Below are positions 39,919-49,623 of a stretch of DNA of 64,000 nt, piece by piece (the first letter of the stretch is position 1; every line of letters begins with the position of its first letter). Under the pieces are notes generated by a model that made no database searches, was not told where the DNA came from, and saw only the letters and a program-made list of their open reading frames with translations. A program made the translations under genes and the position numbers. The stretch comes from Minisyncoccota bacterium (GTDB taxonomy: Bacteria > Patescibacteriota > Minisyncoccia > Phycocordibacterales > Phycocordibacteraceae). The stretch spans positions 134,358 to 198,357 of the forward strand of contig JBAYLD010000001.1 in NCBI GenBank assembly GCA_041664265.1, read 5' to 3'.

Positions 39919-40260
39919 TCACTGAATCGAGAATTTGTACACCACACGGGGGCTAAAGATCGCCTTCTCATACCCGCCGGCCTTCGCATGTGCAACTCTT
40001 TTACTCCATGCCCTTTTCGCCTCTGCGATTGCAGAGTCTTCGGTAGTGGCGTCCAAAGGAACTTCCAGTTCACTTCCACCACAAGAGACAAAAAGTCCCG
40101 ACAAGTACCTCTGCGTGTACACCAAGTACCACCTTCCCTTCGACGAGCTCGCTGCTTCTCCGGCACTCGTAATCTGCCCCGTTAAACAAGAAGCACAGGG
40201 ATATCTTCCTGCCTCGCTCTCAATTATCCCAGTATCTTTACAATTCGGGCACATTTCCAC
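39919..40260 (-). CDS. Hypothetical protein with an N-terminal CxxC...CxxC
   Basis: MCPNCKDTG...YPCASC; purine-rich SD-like upstream sequence. Confidence 0.5.
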   Translation of the reverse strand: MEMCPNCKDTGIIESEAGRYPCASCLTGQITSAGEAASSSKGRWYLVYTQRYLSGLFVSCGGSELEVPLDATTEDSAIAEAKRAWSKRVAHAKAGGYEKAIFSPRVVYKFSIQ

Positions 40261-40331
40261 CTCCCTCTGCTGAATTTTTTGAAGCTTCCGTCTGCGATAG
40301 TACCATTTTTATATAAGAAGCCAAATACGTT

Positions 40332-40406
40332 TGGTGCCCCCTCCAGGAGTCGAACCTGAATCAGCTCGTTAGGAGTGAGCCGTTCTATCCATTGAACTAA
40401 GAGGGC
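40332..40406 (-). tRNA. tRNA-Arg(CCT)
   Basis: gccctct acceptor; loop ctCCTaa; encoded CCA. Confidence 0.9.
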
Positions 40407-40432
40407 TATCGGAAGGTCAGACCTTCCAAAAA

Positions 40433-40675
40433 CTACGCGGCGATGCCGAGAGAAGAGGCGAGCCTCTCTCGATCAAAGCCGATGATCATGTCAGAACCGA
40501 CGAATATGACCGGCACGCCCATCTGGCCGGACTTCTGTATCATCTCTTGGCGCTTCTCGAGATCGTGCGCCACATCATATTCAGTATACGCAACGCCCTT
40601 CTCCTTCAAGAATTCTTTTGCGATCTGGCAGAAGTGGCAGGTCGGGGTGCTGTAGATGATGACGTTTTTGTCCAT
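40433..40675 (-). CDS. Glutaredoxin (NrdH/YruB-like)
   Basis: IYSTPTCHFC, GQMGVPVI. Confidence 0.9.
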   Translation of the reverse strand: MDKNVIIYSTPTCHFCQIAKEFLKEKGVAYTEYDVAHDLEKRQEMIQKSGQMGVPVIFVGSDMIIGFDRERLASSLGIAA

Positions 40676-40705
40676 ATTGTTTCGTTAGTATGATGAGTAT
40701 AGCAC

Positions 40706-40890
40706 TTTGTGCGGAATGGGAGAACCGGCGATTACACCTTTCGGTCACGCATAATTTCTTGCTAGAAATTTGCGCGACCCCGCCTCAGCGCCGTCGCGCT
40801 TCCGGCCTTCGATTCTCCACGCAGGATGCCCCGCATCCTGCTCATCCCGCCCAAAATCTCGCAAGCTCGCTTTTGTGCGGAATGGGAGAA
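40706..40890. repeat. Small element bounded by 19-bp direct repeats of the tRNA-Gly 3' end
   Basis: tttgtgcggaatgggagaa at 40706-40724 and 40872-40890. Confidence 0.75.
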
Positions 40891-40946
40891 TCGAACTCCC
40901 GCCTACTGCTTGGGAAGCAGTCGTCCTACCACTAAACCAATTCCGC
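40876..40946 (-). tRNA. tRNA-Gly(CCC)
   Basis: gcggaat acceptor; actgc-ttCCCaa-gcagt. Confidence 0.92.
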
Positions 40947-41011
40947 TTGTTTTTGAATGTACCTTGTCTCACGCTATAGCGTAAATTAAGGTACATGAGA
41001 TTCGCAACACA

Positions 41012-41350
41012 TCAAAACCAGCTCAGTACCTTCTGCCACCACGACGGCGCCGCAGTCGAGGTTGCCGTGGCGGGTGGTACCACTACGATAACCTCTTCTC
41101 CCGGGCGCGCAACCCCGAAGGTGGTCCGGATGGACGCGTCCTGGCCGCGCTCCGTGGCGAGCATCGCGAGATTGTCTTCGAGGACCACCTTGCGTTCCTC
41201 AAGAGCCTGATACCGGCGTTTCGCATTGTTCGCCTCTCTAACCGCCACCTGTGCCTTCCCCGCGAGTCCCCAGATGAGCAAGAGGAGCCAAAAGATGACC
41301 AGCAGGAGAAACCCGATCACAATGCCTTGCCGCAGTTGTTTCGCGCGCAT
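41012..41350 (-). CDS. FtsB/DivIC-like septum formation initiator
   Basis: TM helix, coiled coil, IRTTFGVARPGEEVIVVV. Confidence 0.7.
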   Translation of the reverse strand: MRAKQLRQGIVIGFLLLVIFWLLLLIWGLAGKAQVAVREANNAKRRYQALEERKVVLEDNLAMLATERGQDASIRTTFGVARPGEEVIVVVPPATATSTAAPSWWQKVLSWF

Positions 41351-41391
41351 GGGTGTCAGTATAACGCAAAACAAGGTTCACTCTTGTTTTG

Positions 41392-43182
41392 CTAGCGGTC
41401 ACTATTTCTTACCATCTTCATGAATACCTCTTCGGGAATGTTCACTTTCCCCCGCCCGTGCTCAAGCAACTTCTTCTTGCCGCGCTTCTGCTTATCCAAG
41501 AGCTTGTTCTTGCGCGTCACATCGCCGCCGTAGAGATAGCCCGTCACATCCTTGCGCATCGCAGAGAGCGACCGCGAGGCGATAATGCGGCCTCCGGCCC
41601 GCGCCTGGATTTTAGTAACGAAAAGCTGTTTCGGCAAATTACCATGGAGCTTCTCTACCATCTTCTCCGCCTCTTCCTGTAAGCGCCGACGCGCGACCAC
41701 ACGCGCGAACGCCGGAACCGGCTCATCGGCGACGAGGATATCAAGCCGCACCACATCCGCTAGCCGCTCATTCATAATTTCATATGAAAGCGAGGCATAG
41801 CCCGAAGAAATGCTCTTCAATGTGTCAAAGAAGCCGCGCATAAGCTCGCGAAGTGGCATCTCCACTGACATCTCAATGCGGCCGTCCTGATACGTCTCGG
41901 TAGCAAGCGTGTGCGCCTCATGCTCGTGGAGCAGCTGGATAAGCGCACTGACCGAATCAGCGGGTGTAATGATGATGACCTTCGCCCACGGCTCTTCGAT
42001 TTTTACAATCTCGCCATGCTCGGGGAATTTTGCAGGCGTATAGATGACCTCACGCGCACCGTTCGTGGTTGTAACGACATATGAAATGGTCGGAATAGTA
42101 ACAACAAGAGATAGCTTGAATTCGCGCTTCAAGCGCTCGGTGACGATCTCAAGATGGAGAAGTCCCAAAAAACCGCAGCGAAATCCCCTTCCCAATACGC
42201 CCGACGATTCTTCTTCAAAGGAGAGCGAGGAGTCAGAGAGCCGCAATCGCTCAAGCGATTGCCGCAAGAGCGGCAGATCATCCTGGCTCTCCGGGTACAC
42301 TGAGGCCCAGACGACCGGGCGTGGGCGCTCATAGCCCGCGAGCGCTGCAAGCGATCCTCCTACTTTCCCAATAGTATCGCCGACGCCGACAATGCCCGGT
42401 TCTTTGATACCCGTCACAATATAGCCAATTTCGCCCGCAGAGAGAGAGTCCGCCGGTGTCTCCTCCGGAGTGAAGATGCCGACCTCAAGCGCAGTAAAAT
42501 TTTTCCCGGCAGCATGGAAGGTGAGCGGTTGCCCTTTTTTGAACGTACCATCAAAAACACGCAGATACACCGCAACGCCGCGGTGCGTTGAATACGAAAA
42601 ATCAAAGATAAGCCCGCGCGCTTCATCTGCGGTCGCACCTTTCGGCGGAGGGACTTTACGCACGATCTCCTCAAGCAGCTCATCAACGCCCACACCGGTC
42701 TTTCCCGACACTCCAAGCACTTCATCGGGAGAGAGGGAGAGGAGTTGTGCGAGCTCAGTGCGCACCTCGTCGACGCGCGCCGCCGGAGAATCAATTTTTG
42801 AAATAACCGGTATAATCGTGCACCCCTGCGCCCTGGCCGCCGCGAGCGTCGTGAGCGTCTGTGCCTGCACGCCTTGTGTCGAGTCAACGAGGAGCAACAC
42901 CCCCTCAACCGCTTTTAGTGCGCGAGAGACTTCATAGGAGAAGTCGATGTGTCCGGGCGTGTCTATCAGATTTAAAATATAATCGCCATACACCATTCGA
43001 ACGGGCTGCATTTTTATCGTGATGCCACGCTCGCGTTCGAGATCCATGCGGTCAAGCACTTGGTCGCGCATCTTGCGCTCGGGGATGGCCCCGGTTCGCT
43101 CGAGCATGCGGTCGGCAAGGGTAGACTTGCCGTGGTCGACATGGGCAATGATAGAAAAATTACGAAGATGTTCGAGGTTCAC
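41392..43182 (-). CDS. lepA: Elongation factor 4
   Basis: RNFSIIAHVDHGKSTLADR, DTPGH, GFRCGFLGLLH, YGGDVTRK. Confidence 0.97.
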   Translation of the reverse strand: MNLEHLRNFSIIAHVDHGKSTLADRMLERTGAIPERKMRDQVLDRMDLERERGITIKMQPVRMVYGDYILNLIDTPGHIDFSYEVSRALKAVEGVLLLVDSTQGVQAQTLTTLAAARAQGCTIIPVISKIDSPAARVDEVRTELAQLLSLSPDEVLGVSGKTGVGVDELLEEIVRKVPPPKGATADEARGLIFDFSYSTHRGVAVYLRVFDGTFKKGQPLTFHAAGKNFTALEVGIFTPEETPADSLSAGEIGYIVTGIKEPGIVGVGDTIGKVGGSLAALAGYERPRPVVWASVYPESQDDLPLLRQSLERLRLSDSSLSFEEESSGVLGRGFRCGFLGLLHLEIVTERLKREFKLSLVVTIPTISYVVTTTNGAREVIYTPAKFPEHGEIVKIEEPWAKVIIITPADSVSALIQLLHEHEAHTLATETYQDGRIEMSVEMPLRELMRGFFDTLKSISSGYASLSYEIMNERLADVVRLDILVADEPVPAFARVVARRRLQEEAEKMVEKLHGNLPKQLFVTKIQARAGGRIIASRSLSAMRKDVTGYLYGGDVTRKNKLLDKQKRGKKKLLEHGRGKVNIPEEVFMKMVRNSDR

Positions 43183-44861
43183 GGTTGTATCAGTTCTTCG
43201 GCAGAAGGAGTAAGTATCTCGGAACGTCCACTGCGGAGATGGAGGAGCTTGCTCAGGGCGTCCAGCATCATGCGAAATTCTACATTCCCGATAAGGTAAA
43301 GCGCGAGTGCTGCGGCGGCAAGGCCGACTGTCCCGGCAAAAAATCCCTGTGCAAAGACGGAGACCAGGGTCGTGAGGGGCGCGATGCCGCCCTCAAACGC
43401 GAGCGTGACGTACGCGGCGGCTCCGCCCACAAGTGCGGCAACGCATCCGTCAAAGAACGGTCGCGCGAGCATACGTGCGAGACCCTGAGAAACGCCCCGA
43501 AGCGACAACAAAGAGAGTATGGCGAGAAATACTTGGCCGAGCGTCGCTGCGAGCGCCAGGAGCAGTATTGTCGACCCTTGCACGTCACTCACGCGCAAGA
43601 GAGCCGCGAGCGAGGCAGGCAACCTCTCGATCGGCATCGAGAGGAACGTTACCGCAAGAGACACAGTGAGAAGCGCAGCTGCAAATTGATATAGAAACGG
43701 CCGCCATGACTGGCGTACCGCATAGAGCGCGCGCGAGAAGAGGAGCACGAGCCCTTGCGCGACGAGCCCGACGGCAAGGATCGCCAAAAGAGCGGCGGTG
43801 AGGCGTGTCGCATCCCAATCGAAGGCGCCCGTGCCGAGAATCACGCGCACGATATGCGCCCGCAAAATCGCAATAAGCCCGAGAGACACGATCGACCAGA
43901 GGATAATGTGCCGAGCGCTCGCCGAGAGGATGTGGGTGAATTCAGCACGCCGCTCCAAAGCTGATGCCTCGGAGAGTGCCGGGAACGCCGCGATAGCATA
44001 CGAGGAGCCAATGAGCGCGAGCGGTACTGCCTCGAGATTGCTAGCGAAGGTGAAGACAGAGACCGAACCCGTGCCGATCCTCGAGGCGAAAGCGGTTAGT
44101 ATGAGCGCCGTAATCGAGCCCATGCCGAGTGCGAGAGAGCGCGGCACAGAATCCCGTATGACCGGCATCATGAGGGCATAGCTGGGGAGGCGGAAGGAGG
44201 GGATGACCTTGGCATCTGTAATGACCGGAATATTGACGGCTAAGTAAGCAACTGCGCCGATGACAACGCCGATGCCGATACCCGGCAAGCCCCACTGCGG
44301 ATAGAACACGACCGCGCCCAGGATAATGCCGAGGTTATAGAGGACCGGCGAAAATGCGAAGAGCATAAAGCGCCGATGCACCTGTGTCACGCTCCCTAGG
44401 ACACCTGAAAGCCCCAGGAGGATGGGCTGCACGAGTAGAATGCGCGCCAGCAACACGAATTCAGCATGCTGCGGAGAAGCAACGAAGTTCGGATACAGAA
44501 ATGCGAGGAATTGCGGCATGAAGAATGCGAGCACAATACAGAGCAGGCTGCCCAAGCCGAAGAGGAACGTCGCCGATTCAGAGAGGAGCCGGCGCGTCGC
44601 TTCCCTATCCATCCCCGTTATGCGCGGGATGATGACGTATGCGCTCACGAGCGAGGAGACGAGCGCAAAAACGAGATCCGGCACGCGAAACGCCGCGTAG
44701 TAGAGATCGAGCACCTCTCCCGCGCCAAATGAGTGTGCAAACGCTCGGTCGCGAAGAAGCGCGAGAACCTGTGACGCAAGCGTCAGGCCGGCGAGCAAAT
44801 ACGCGGCCTGATGCAGGCCGCGTATTGGTGCCGCGATGCGTTTAAGAATCTGCCGAACCAT
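43179..44861 (-). CDS. murJ: Lipid II flippase MurJ
   Basis: LLRDRAFAHSFGAG..LDLYYAAFRVPD, SPVLYN, many TMs. Confidence 0.9.
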   Translation of the reverse strand: MVRQILKRIAAPIRGLHQAAYLLAGLTLASQVLALLRDRAFAHSFGAGEVLDLYYAAFRVPDLVFALVSSLVSAYVIIPRITGMDREATRRLLSESATFLFGLGSLLCIVLAFFMPQFLAFLYPNFVASPQHAEFVLLARILLVQPILLGLSGVLGSVTQVHRRFMLFAFSPVLYNLGIILGAVVFYPQWGLPGIGIGVVIGAVAYLAVNIPVITDAKVIPSFRLPSYALMMPVIRDSVPRSLALGMGSITALILTAFASRIGTGSVSVFTFASNLEAVPLALIGSSYAIAAFPALSEASALERRAEFTHILSASARHIILWSIVSLGLIAILRAHIVRVILGTGAFDWDATRLTAALLAILAVGLVAQGLVLLFSRALYAVRQSWRPFLYQFAAALLTVSLAVTFLSMPIERLPASLAALLRVSDVQGSTILLLALAATLGQVFLAILSLLSLRGVSQGLARMLARPFFDGCVAALVGGAAAYVTLAFEGGIAPLTTLVSVFAQGFFAGTVGLAAAALALYLIGNVEFRMMLDALSKLLHLRSGRSEILTPSAEELIQP

Positions 44862-44963
44862 CTTTCTATTTTACTCTAATTTCCACTGCTCGGCGAGTGA
44901 ACAAAGAATGAAATTCCTATGTCATTCTTTTGAACAAGCACTGGCAGAAAGCCAGCTTCTGGC

Positions 44964-47333
44964 TTATTGGTTCACTGGCGCCGCAGGCGCCGAGAGGAGA
45001 TTCGCGGGGAAGGGATCCCTGCCTGCCGCAAGCGCAGTCAGCTGTGTGGCGACCGCTTGGGCGTTCTCGCTCGACATGTCTGCGATTGCTTGCATCTCTG
45101 CGAGCGCGTCTCGCATGTTGCCTTGTTTCGCGTACACCGCGGAGAGGAAGTAGCGTGCGTTCGCGAATTGCGGATTCGCGGCGACCGCTGCGCCGAGTGC
45201 GGCGGCAGCATTCTGGAGATCGTTCCGTGCCGCAGAGAGGATACCGACCTGGAAGAGGATGTCCGGATTGTTTGGCGCGAAGTAGGCGGCGGCAAGAGCG
45301 GCAGCGAGCGCACCTTCGACGTTACCCTCTTGCACCTCAAGCTGCGAGAGGAGGAAGATAGCAGCGGTGTAGTCCTGTTTGAGCGCGATGGCGGACTTTA
45401 AATTATCCATAGCCGCTTTGTTGTCCTTATTCGCGATATCGAGCTGCGCGATGATATACGGAATTTGAGGATTGGTGGGATTCAGCTCTTTTGCCTTGCC
45501 GTAGGCGGTCTTCGCACTATCGTACGCGCCGGTAACGCCGAGCGGTACCGCTTGCGCATAGAGGTTCCCGAGTGCAAGCCAGCCTTGATAATCGGAGGGA
45601 GCGAGGTTGGTCGAGGTCAGGGCGGCATTAATGCCCGTTGAAAGCGAATCTTGGAACGCCTTTTGCGCCGCCGCGGCAGGCATCGTCGATGAGGAAACTA
45701 TCTGTCCGAGGCGCGCTCGAGAGATGCCCGCCCGCATCTGGTAGGCAGCCGCTGAAGGCGCAAAAGAGATTGAACTCTGTGCCGACTGTTCGGCCGTATC
45801 GAGATCTCCGATGGAGAACGCCGTACCCGCCTCCGCGAGCGCCGCCGTAGCGATGCCACGCCCAACGAGCGCATATGCGGTAACAACCGATGCGAGCAGA
45901 AGGAGCGTGAGAGAAAACACGATAACGAAACCGAGCCGAGGGCTCCGTGAGAATATGATGCCCCATTGCTTCCCCTGTGCGGCAAAGCGCATCGTCGACA
46001 CGAACAGACCCGTGAAGACGAAGGCGAGAACGAGCGGGACGGCGCCAGGCAGGCTGAAGATCGCGATACTGAAGAGATACAGCGCCGAGACGAATGAGAG
46101 TATCGCAACATATCGGACAAAAGGATCCTGTGGCGCGCGCAGGATCATCATGCGCAAGCCGAACACGACAAACGCGGCAAGAAACACGATCCATGCGAGA
46201 ACTCCAACAATGCCGGTTGTCACGAACGAAGTCGGGACGAAACCGATACCCGAGGTGAAGTCTACGTTCCAAAACACGCTTGAGTTAAGCGACACATCGC
46301 GATGTTTCAGCCATTCGATTCCGAAGGTGCCGGGACCCGTGCCGAAGACCGGTGCGGATGAATACGCATTACGCGCAACCGAGAGCGTCGACTGCCACGA
46401 GGGGCTGACTGAGAGTACGTTTACGTTGAGCGCATTTGCCAAGGCTCCGCCGAGTGTCCCCCCGATGACAAAGAAGAGCGAGATAGCAAGAACAACGAGC
46501 GGCAAGACGAGGGAGTGATTCGCCTCGCCAGATTCAAGCGGTGTCTCATCGATGCTGTTTATGTCGTCAAAATCAGCATCAGCATTTTTCGATCCGCGTT
46601 GCATAACCGCCTCAACAAAGAGGCCGAGGGAGACGAGTGCCAACAGTATCCAGACGAGCCCGATATTGGCAACAGCGAGCAAGACAAGCGCTCCGACACC
46701 ACAAAGGACGAGAGCCCGGTGTGCACGCTGCGGGAGATCGAGGAACCGGAGCGTAATGAGAACACCAGCGACACCAAGCCCGAGCACGAAGGCAAGGTCT
46801 TGGAACGAACCGAGGAGAGAGAACTCCGGTGAGATGTTCGGCGAAAATTGCCCAACGATAACAATAAGCGCTTGCAGGGCAGTAACCACGCCGAATATCC
46901 ATGCACCAGCATGCAGAAATGAACGGTACTGGTCAGGACGGCGCATAACAAGAGCGGCCAAAGTACCGAGAAATGCCGCGATAAGCATGAAGCCCAGTGT
47001 GTCCGGCTCGAGCGCGAGGCCCCAGAGGGCGCTCGAGAACGACACACCCGAGAATGTCGACGAGAGCAGATACGCAACCGCCGGCAACCAGAAGGCCCCT
47101 ACGAGCAAGAATGGCGGGAGAATAATATTGCCCCGCGAGAGGCGCGCGAGGATGTACAGCGCGAGTGTGATGAGCGCACCTGCAGCGAGCAAGAAGACCT
47201 TGGTCGTTGCAATCGAGATAGCTGAAGATGGGATAAAGGCGAACACGGCGAACACGAGTGTCGCGATAAGCGCCCACATGCTTATAACCTCGAGTGAACG
47301 ACGCGGCACGATTGATGATTGTTGTGGAAACAT
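44964..47333 (-). CDS. Polytopic membrane protein (O-antigen-ligase-like) with C-terminal TPRs
   Basis: More than 10 TMs, PVFGTGPGTF, TPR motifs (LALGNLY, LNPTNP, ARYFL). Confidence 0.7.
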   Translation of the reverse strand: MFPQQSSIVPRRSLEVISMWALIATLVFAVFAFIPSSAISIATTKVFLLAAGALITLALYILARLSRGNIILPPFLLVGAFWLPAVAYLLSSTFSGVSFSSALWGLALEPDTLGFMLIAAFLGTLAALVMRRPDQYRSFLHAGAWIFGVVTALQALIVIVGQFSPNISPEFSLLGSFQDLAFVLGLGVAGVLITLRFLDLPQRAHRALVLCGVGALVLLAVANIGLVWILLALVSLGLFVEAVMQRGSKNADADFDDINSIDETPLESGEANHSLVLPLVVLAISLFFVIGGTLGGALANALNVNVLSVSPSWQSTLSVARNAYSSAPVFGTGPGTFGIEWLKHRDVSLNSSVFWNVDFTSGIGFVPTSFVTTGIVGVLAWIVFLAAFVVFGLRMMILRAPQDPFVRYVAILSFVSALYLFSIAIFSLPGAVPLVLAFVFTGLFVSTMRFAAQGKQWGIIFSRSPRLGFVIVFSLTLLLLASVVTAYALVGRGIATAALAEAGTAFSIGDLDTAEQSAQSSISFAPSAAAYQMRAGISRARLGQIVSSSTMPAAAAQKAFQDSLSTGINAALTSTNLAPSDYQGWLALGNLYAQAVPLGVTGAYDSAKTAYGKAKELNPTNPQIPYIIAQLDIANKDNKAAMDNLKSAIALKQDYTAAIFLLSQLEVQEGNVEGALAAALAAAYFAPNNPDILFQVGILSAARNDLQNAAAALGAAVAANPQFANARYFLSAVYAKQGNMRDALAEMQAIADMSSENAQAVATQLTALAAGRDPFPANLLSAPAAPVNQ

Positions 47334-47419
47334 AAAAATAAGTGCTGGTGATGCTATTCAGTGATAATACTGTCTAGTATACCGCCTCACCCAGTCGCTC
47401 AAGCCTCTATCCCCACATT

Positions 47420-47493
47420 TCCGTAAGGTGTCCGTAAGGTGTCACCTTACGGAATCAATAAAACGCTAGAAACCGTAAGGTGTCACCTTACGG
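47420..47493. repeat. REP-like palindromes, left flank of RAYT 2
   Basis: ccgtaaggtg-t-caccttacgg at 47432-47452 and 47473-47493, plus a half copy at 47420-47431. Confidence 0.85.
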
Positions 47494-47496
47494 AAC

Positions 47497-48192
47497 ATGC
47501 TACTATTACCGAATATGACAAAGAGAGACGTCCCGTTTGCTGTCGGGGAGTGGTACCACTGTTATAATCGTGGCATTGAGAAGCGTATCGTATTTGAAGA
47601 TATTCGAGATTATCACCGCTTCCTTGAGCTCCTTTATTTGGCGAATGATGAGTTTCCTCTCCGGCGTGACGATATCGGCCTATATAAATTTGAAGAGATA
47701 TTAAAGGTTCCTCGCGGCAAGAAATTAGTCGCTATTGGAGCATTCTGCTTGATGCCAAACCACTTCCACTTAGTTTTGAAAGAGGTTGTGGATGGAGGCA
47801 TTACCGCATTTATGCGGAAAATCGGGACGGCATATGCTCTGTATTTTAATGCACGGCACGGACGGACGGGAAACCTGTTCCTCAAGCCGTTTCGATCCCG
47901 CCATGTATCTACCGATCGCTACTTTCAGCACCTTATCAATTATGTGCACTGTAACCCAGCGGCGCTCTCTGAACCCGAGTGGAAAACCAGCCATGTTGTG
48001 GACCCTCAGTTCTTGGGAGAACAAATCGCCGCATACCCGTATTCAAGTCTTGGTACCCATGCGGGCGCACACACGCCGACCAGCGCTATCCTAGACGCGG
48101 AGGTGTTCTCTCTAGCGCGTACGGTTCAAATACAAAAGATGCTACAGGAAGCGCGACAGTATTATGCTGATTCCGACCTTTCCCTTCCGTAA
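47497..48192 (+). CDS. REP-associated tyrosine transposase (Y1 HUH, RAYT-like) 2
   Basis: YHCYNRG, FCLMPNHFHL, YFNARHGRTGNLF, YVHCNP, YPYSS. Confidence 0.88.
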   Translation: MLLLPNMTKRDVPFAVGEWYHCYNRGIEKRIVFEDIRDYHRFLELLYLANDEFPLRRDDIGLYKFEEILKVPRGKKLVAIGAFCLMPNHFHLVLKEVVDGGITAFMRKIGTAYALYFNARHGRTGNLFLKPFRSRHVSTDRYFQHLINYVHCNPAALSEPEWKTSHVVDPQFLGEQIAAYPYSSLGTHAGAHTPTSAILDAEVFSLARTVQIQKMLQEARQYYADSDLSLP

Positions 48193-48233
48193 GGTGTCAC
48201 CTTACATCTGCTGTAAGGTGACACCTTACGGAA
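48185..48233. repeat. REP doublet (REPIN-like) at the right flank of RAYT 2
   Basis: ttccgtaaggtgtcaccttaca-tctgc-tgtaaggtgacaccttacggaa with perfect 22-bp arms; includes the stop codon. Confidence 0.85.
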
Positions 48234-48250
48234 TGTGGTATAATAAGCGC

Positions 48251-48590
48251 GGACCGGGCTAAGCGATCGCTGGCGGCGTAACGCGCCGACTAGAGGAAAG
48301 TCCGAACATGCGCTCGCTGCAAGGTGAGCAAGAAAGGTAGCGGGTAACGCCCGTCGTCCGTGAGGATAGAGGTGACCACAGTGACGCCAAAACCGAGAGG
48401 TGAAGGGTTCCCTTCGGGGAATAATCTCGCCGCAAGACGAGGGTGCAACGAACAAATCCTTACCCGCATGCAAGGCCGTGTCCCGAGTCCGCCAACTGGT
48501 GGACGAGGGAAGTGCCGCTTGATCCTGAGAGCAATCGAAGGGCTAGATAAATGATCGCTCACGACAGAATTCGGCTTATCGGCCCGGTCC
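48251..48590 (+). ncRNA. rnpB: RNase P RNA
   Basis: gaggaaagtccg near the 5' end, acagaattcggcttat near the 3' end; terminal ggaccgggc/gcccggtcc helix. Confidence 0.92.
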
Positions 48591-48598
48591 ACATACAT

Positions 48599-48630
48599 GC
48601 AAAAACCCGCGCTCCTGCGCGGGTTTTTGC
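48599..48630. terminator. Bidirectional terminator between rnpB and the DGR RT
   Basis: gcaaaaacccgcgc-tcct-gcgcgggtttttgc. Confidence 0.85.
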
Positions 48631-48633
48631 TCC

Positions 48634-49623
48634 CTACTTACTGACCGGAATTAATTTTGAAAGTTTATGCGCATTACCATGCCTCAACATACCGCGATAC
48701 GATGAGACGTTTCCCTCGCTCGGGTTCCCACTCACCGCTTTCAGCATCCGCCGCTTCGTGCTCGTGCGCAAAACGCGATGATCGGAGAAATGCACCCAGC
48801 CGAGGAAATCAACGCCCGAGGCGAATGTTTTGATGAAAACCTTGTCCGGATGGAGATCAAGCTTTAGCCGATCACGCAAGAATGCTCCTATAGGCTGGAG
48901 GACGTTACACAGATATGATCGGTCACGCGAAAGAATAACAAAATCATCGGAATAGCGGATATAATGGCGTGCTTTTAATTTGTGCTTCACGAACTGATCA
49001 AACTCATTCATATAGATATTCACGAGAAGTTGGCTCGTAAGATTCCCAAGCGGCAAACCCTTACCAAGACCGGTTGAATGAAAACTCTCAATTATGTTTT
49101 GCAGCAAGGCTATAATTCGTTCATCAGGAATATGCCTCCGTAAGATTTCGAGCAATATTTGCTGATCAATGGATGCAAAAAACTTTCTGATGTCACACTT
49201 AAGCACCCATGCGGTCCTCGCGTGGTTTTTACTCTCCTGACATGCATATCGCCTGAAGGCATTCATTGCGCGATGAGTCCCCTTCTCTAGCCGACAAGAG
49301 TATGAGTCGGTGATAAACGTGCTGTTGAAAACCGGATACAAAATTCTGTAGATAGCATGGTGCACCAACCGGTCGCGTACGCTCGCTTTATGTATGTCGC
49401 GCGGTTTTGGATCGCTGATCTTGAAATGGGTATACGAGCCATGTCGGTATGCACCTGAGACAAGATCCGAATGGAGTGTAAAAATATTCCGTACGAGATC
49501 GTATTCGAACGCCTGCACGTCTTTCTTTTTCTGCTTGCCGTGTAAGAACTCTTTCCATGCGTCGAGCAGGTTGTTGGTAGAAATGATATTGTCGTAGGAA
49601 TGGGAGTCACCGATTCTACTCAT
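48634..49623 (-). CDS. DGR reverse transcriptase
   Basis: PKPRDI, RDRLVHHA, KCDIRKFFASI, GLPLGNLTSQ (DGR-type SQ), RYSDDF, VDFLG; likely start MSRIG (the ORF stays open to 49749). Confidence 0.93.
   Translation of the reverse strand: MSRIGDSHSYDNIISTNNLLDAWKEFLHGKQKKKDVQAFEYDLVRNIFTLHSDLVSGAYRHGSYTHFKISDPKPRDIHKASVRDRLVHHAIYRILYPVFNSTFITDSYSCRLEKGTHRAMNAFRRYACQESKNHARTAWVLKCDIRKFFASIDQQILLEILRRHIPDERIIALLQNIIESFHSTGLGKGLPLGNLTSQLLVNIYMNEFDQFVKHKLKARHYIRYSDDFVILSRDRSYLCNVLQPIGAFLRDRLKLDLHPDKVFIKTFASGVDFLGWVHFSDHRVLRTSTKRRMLKAVSGNPSEGNVSSYRGMLRHGNAHKLSKLIPVSK

Noticed and set aside
47420-48233. Repeated gtaaggtgtcaccttac as a possible CRISPR array
   Set aside because: The copies are self-palindromic, irregularly spaced, flank a Y1 transposase and have no unique equal-length spacers or cas genes.
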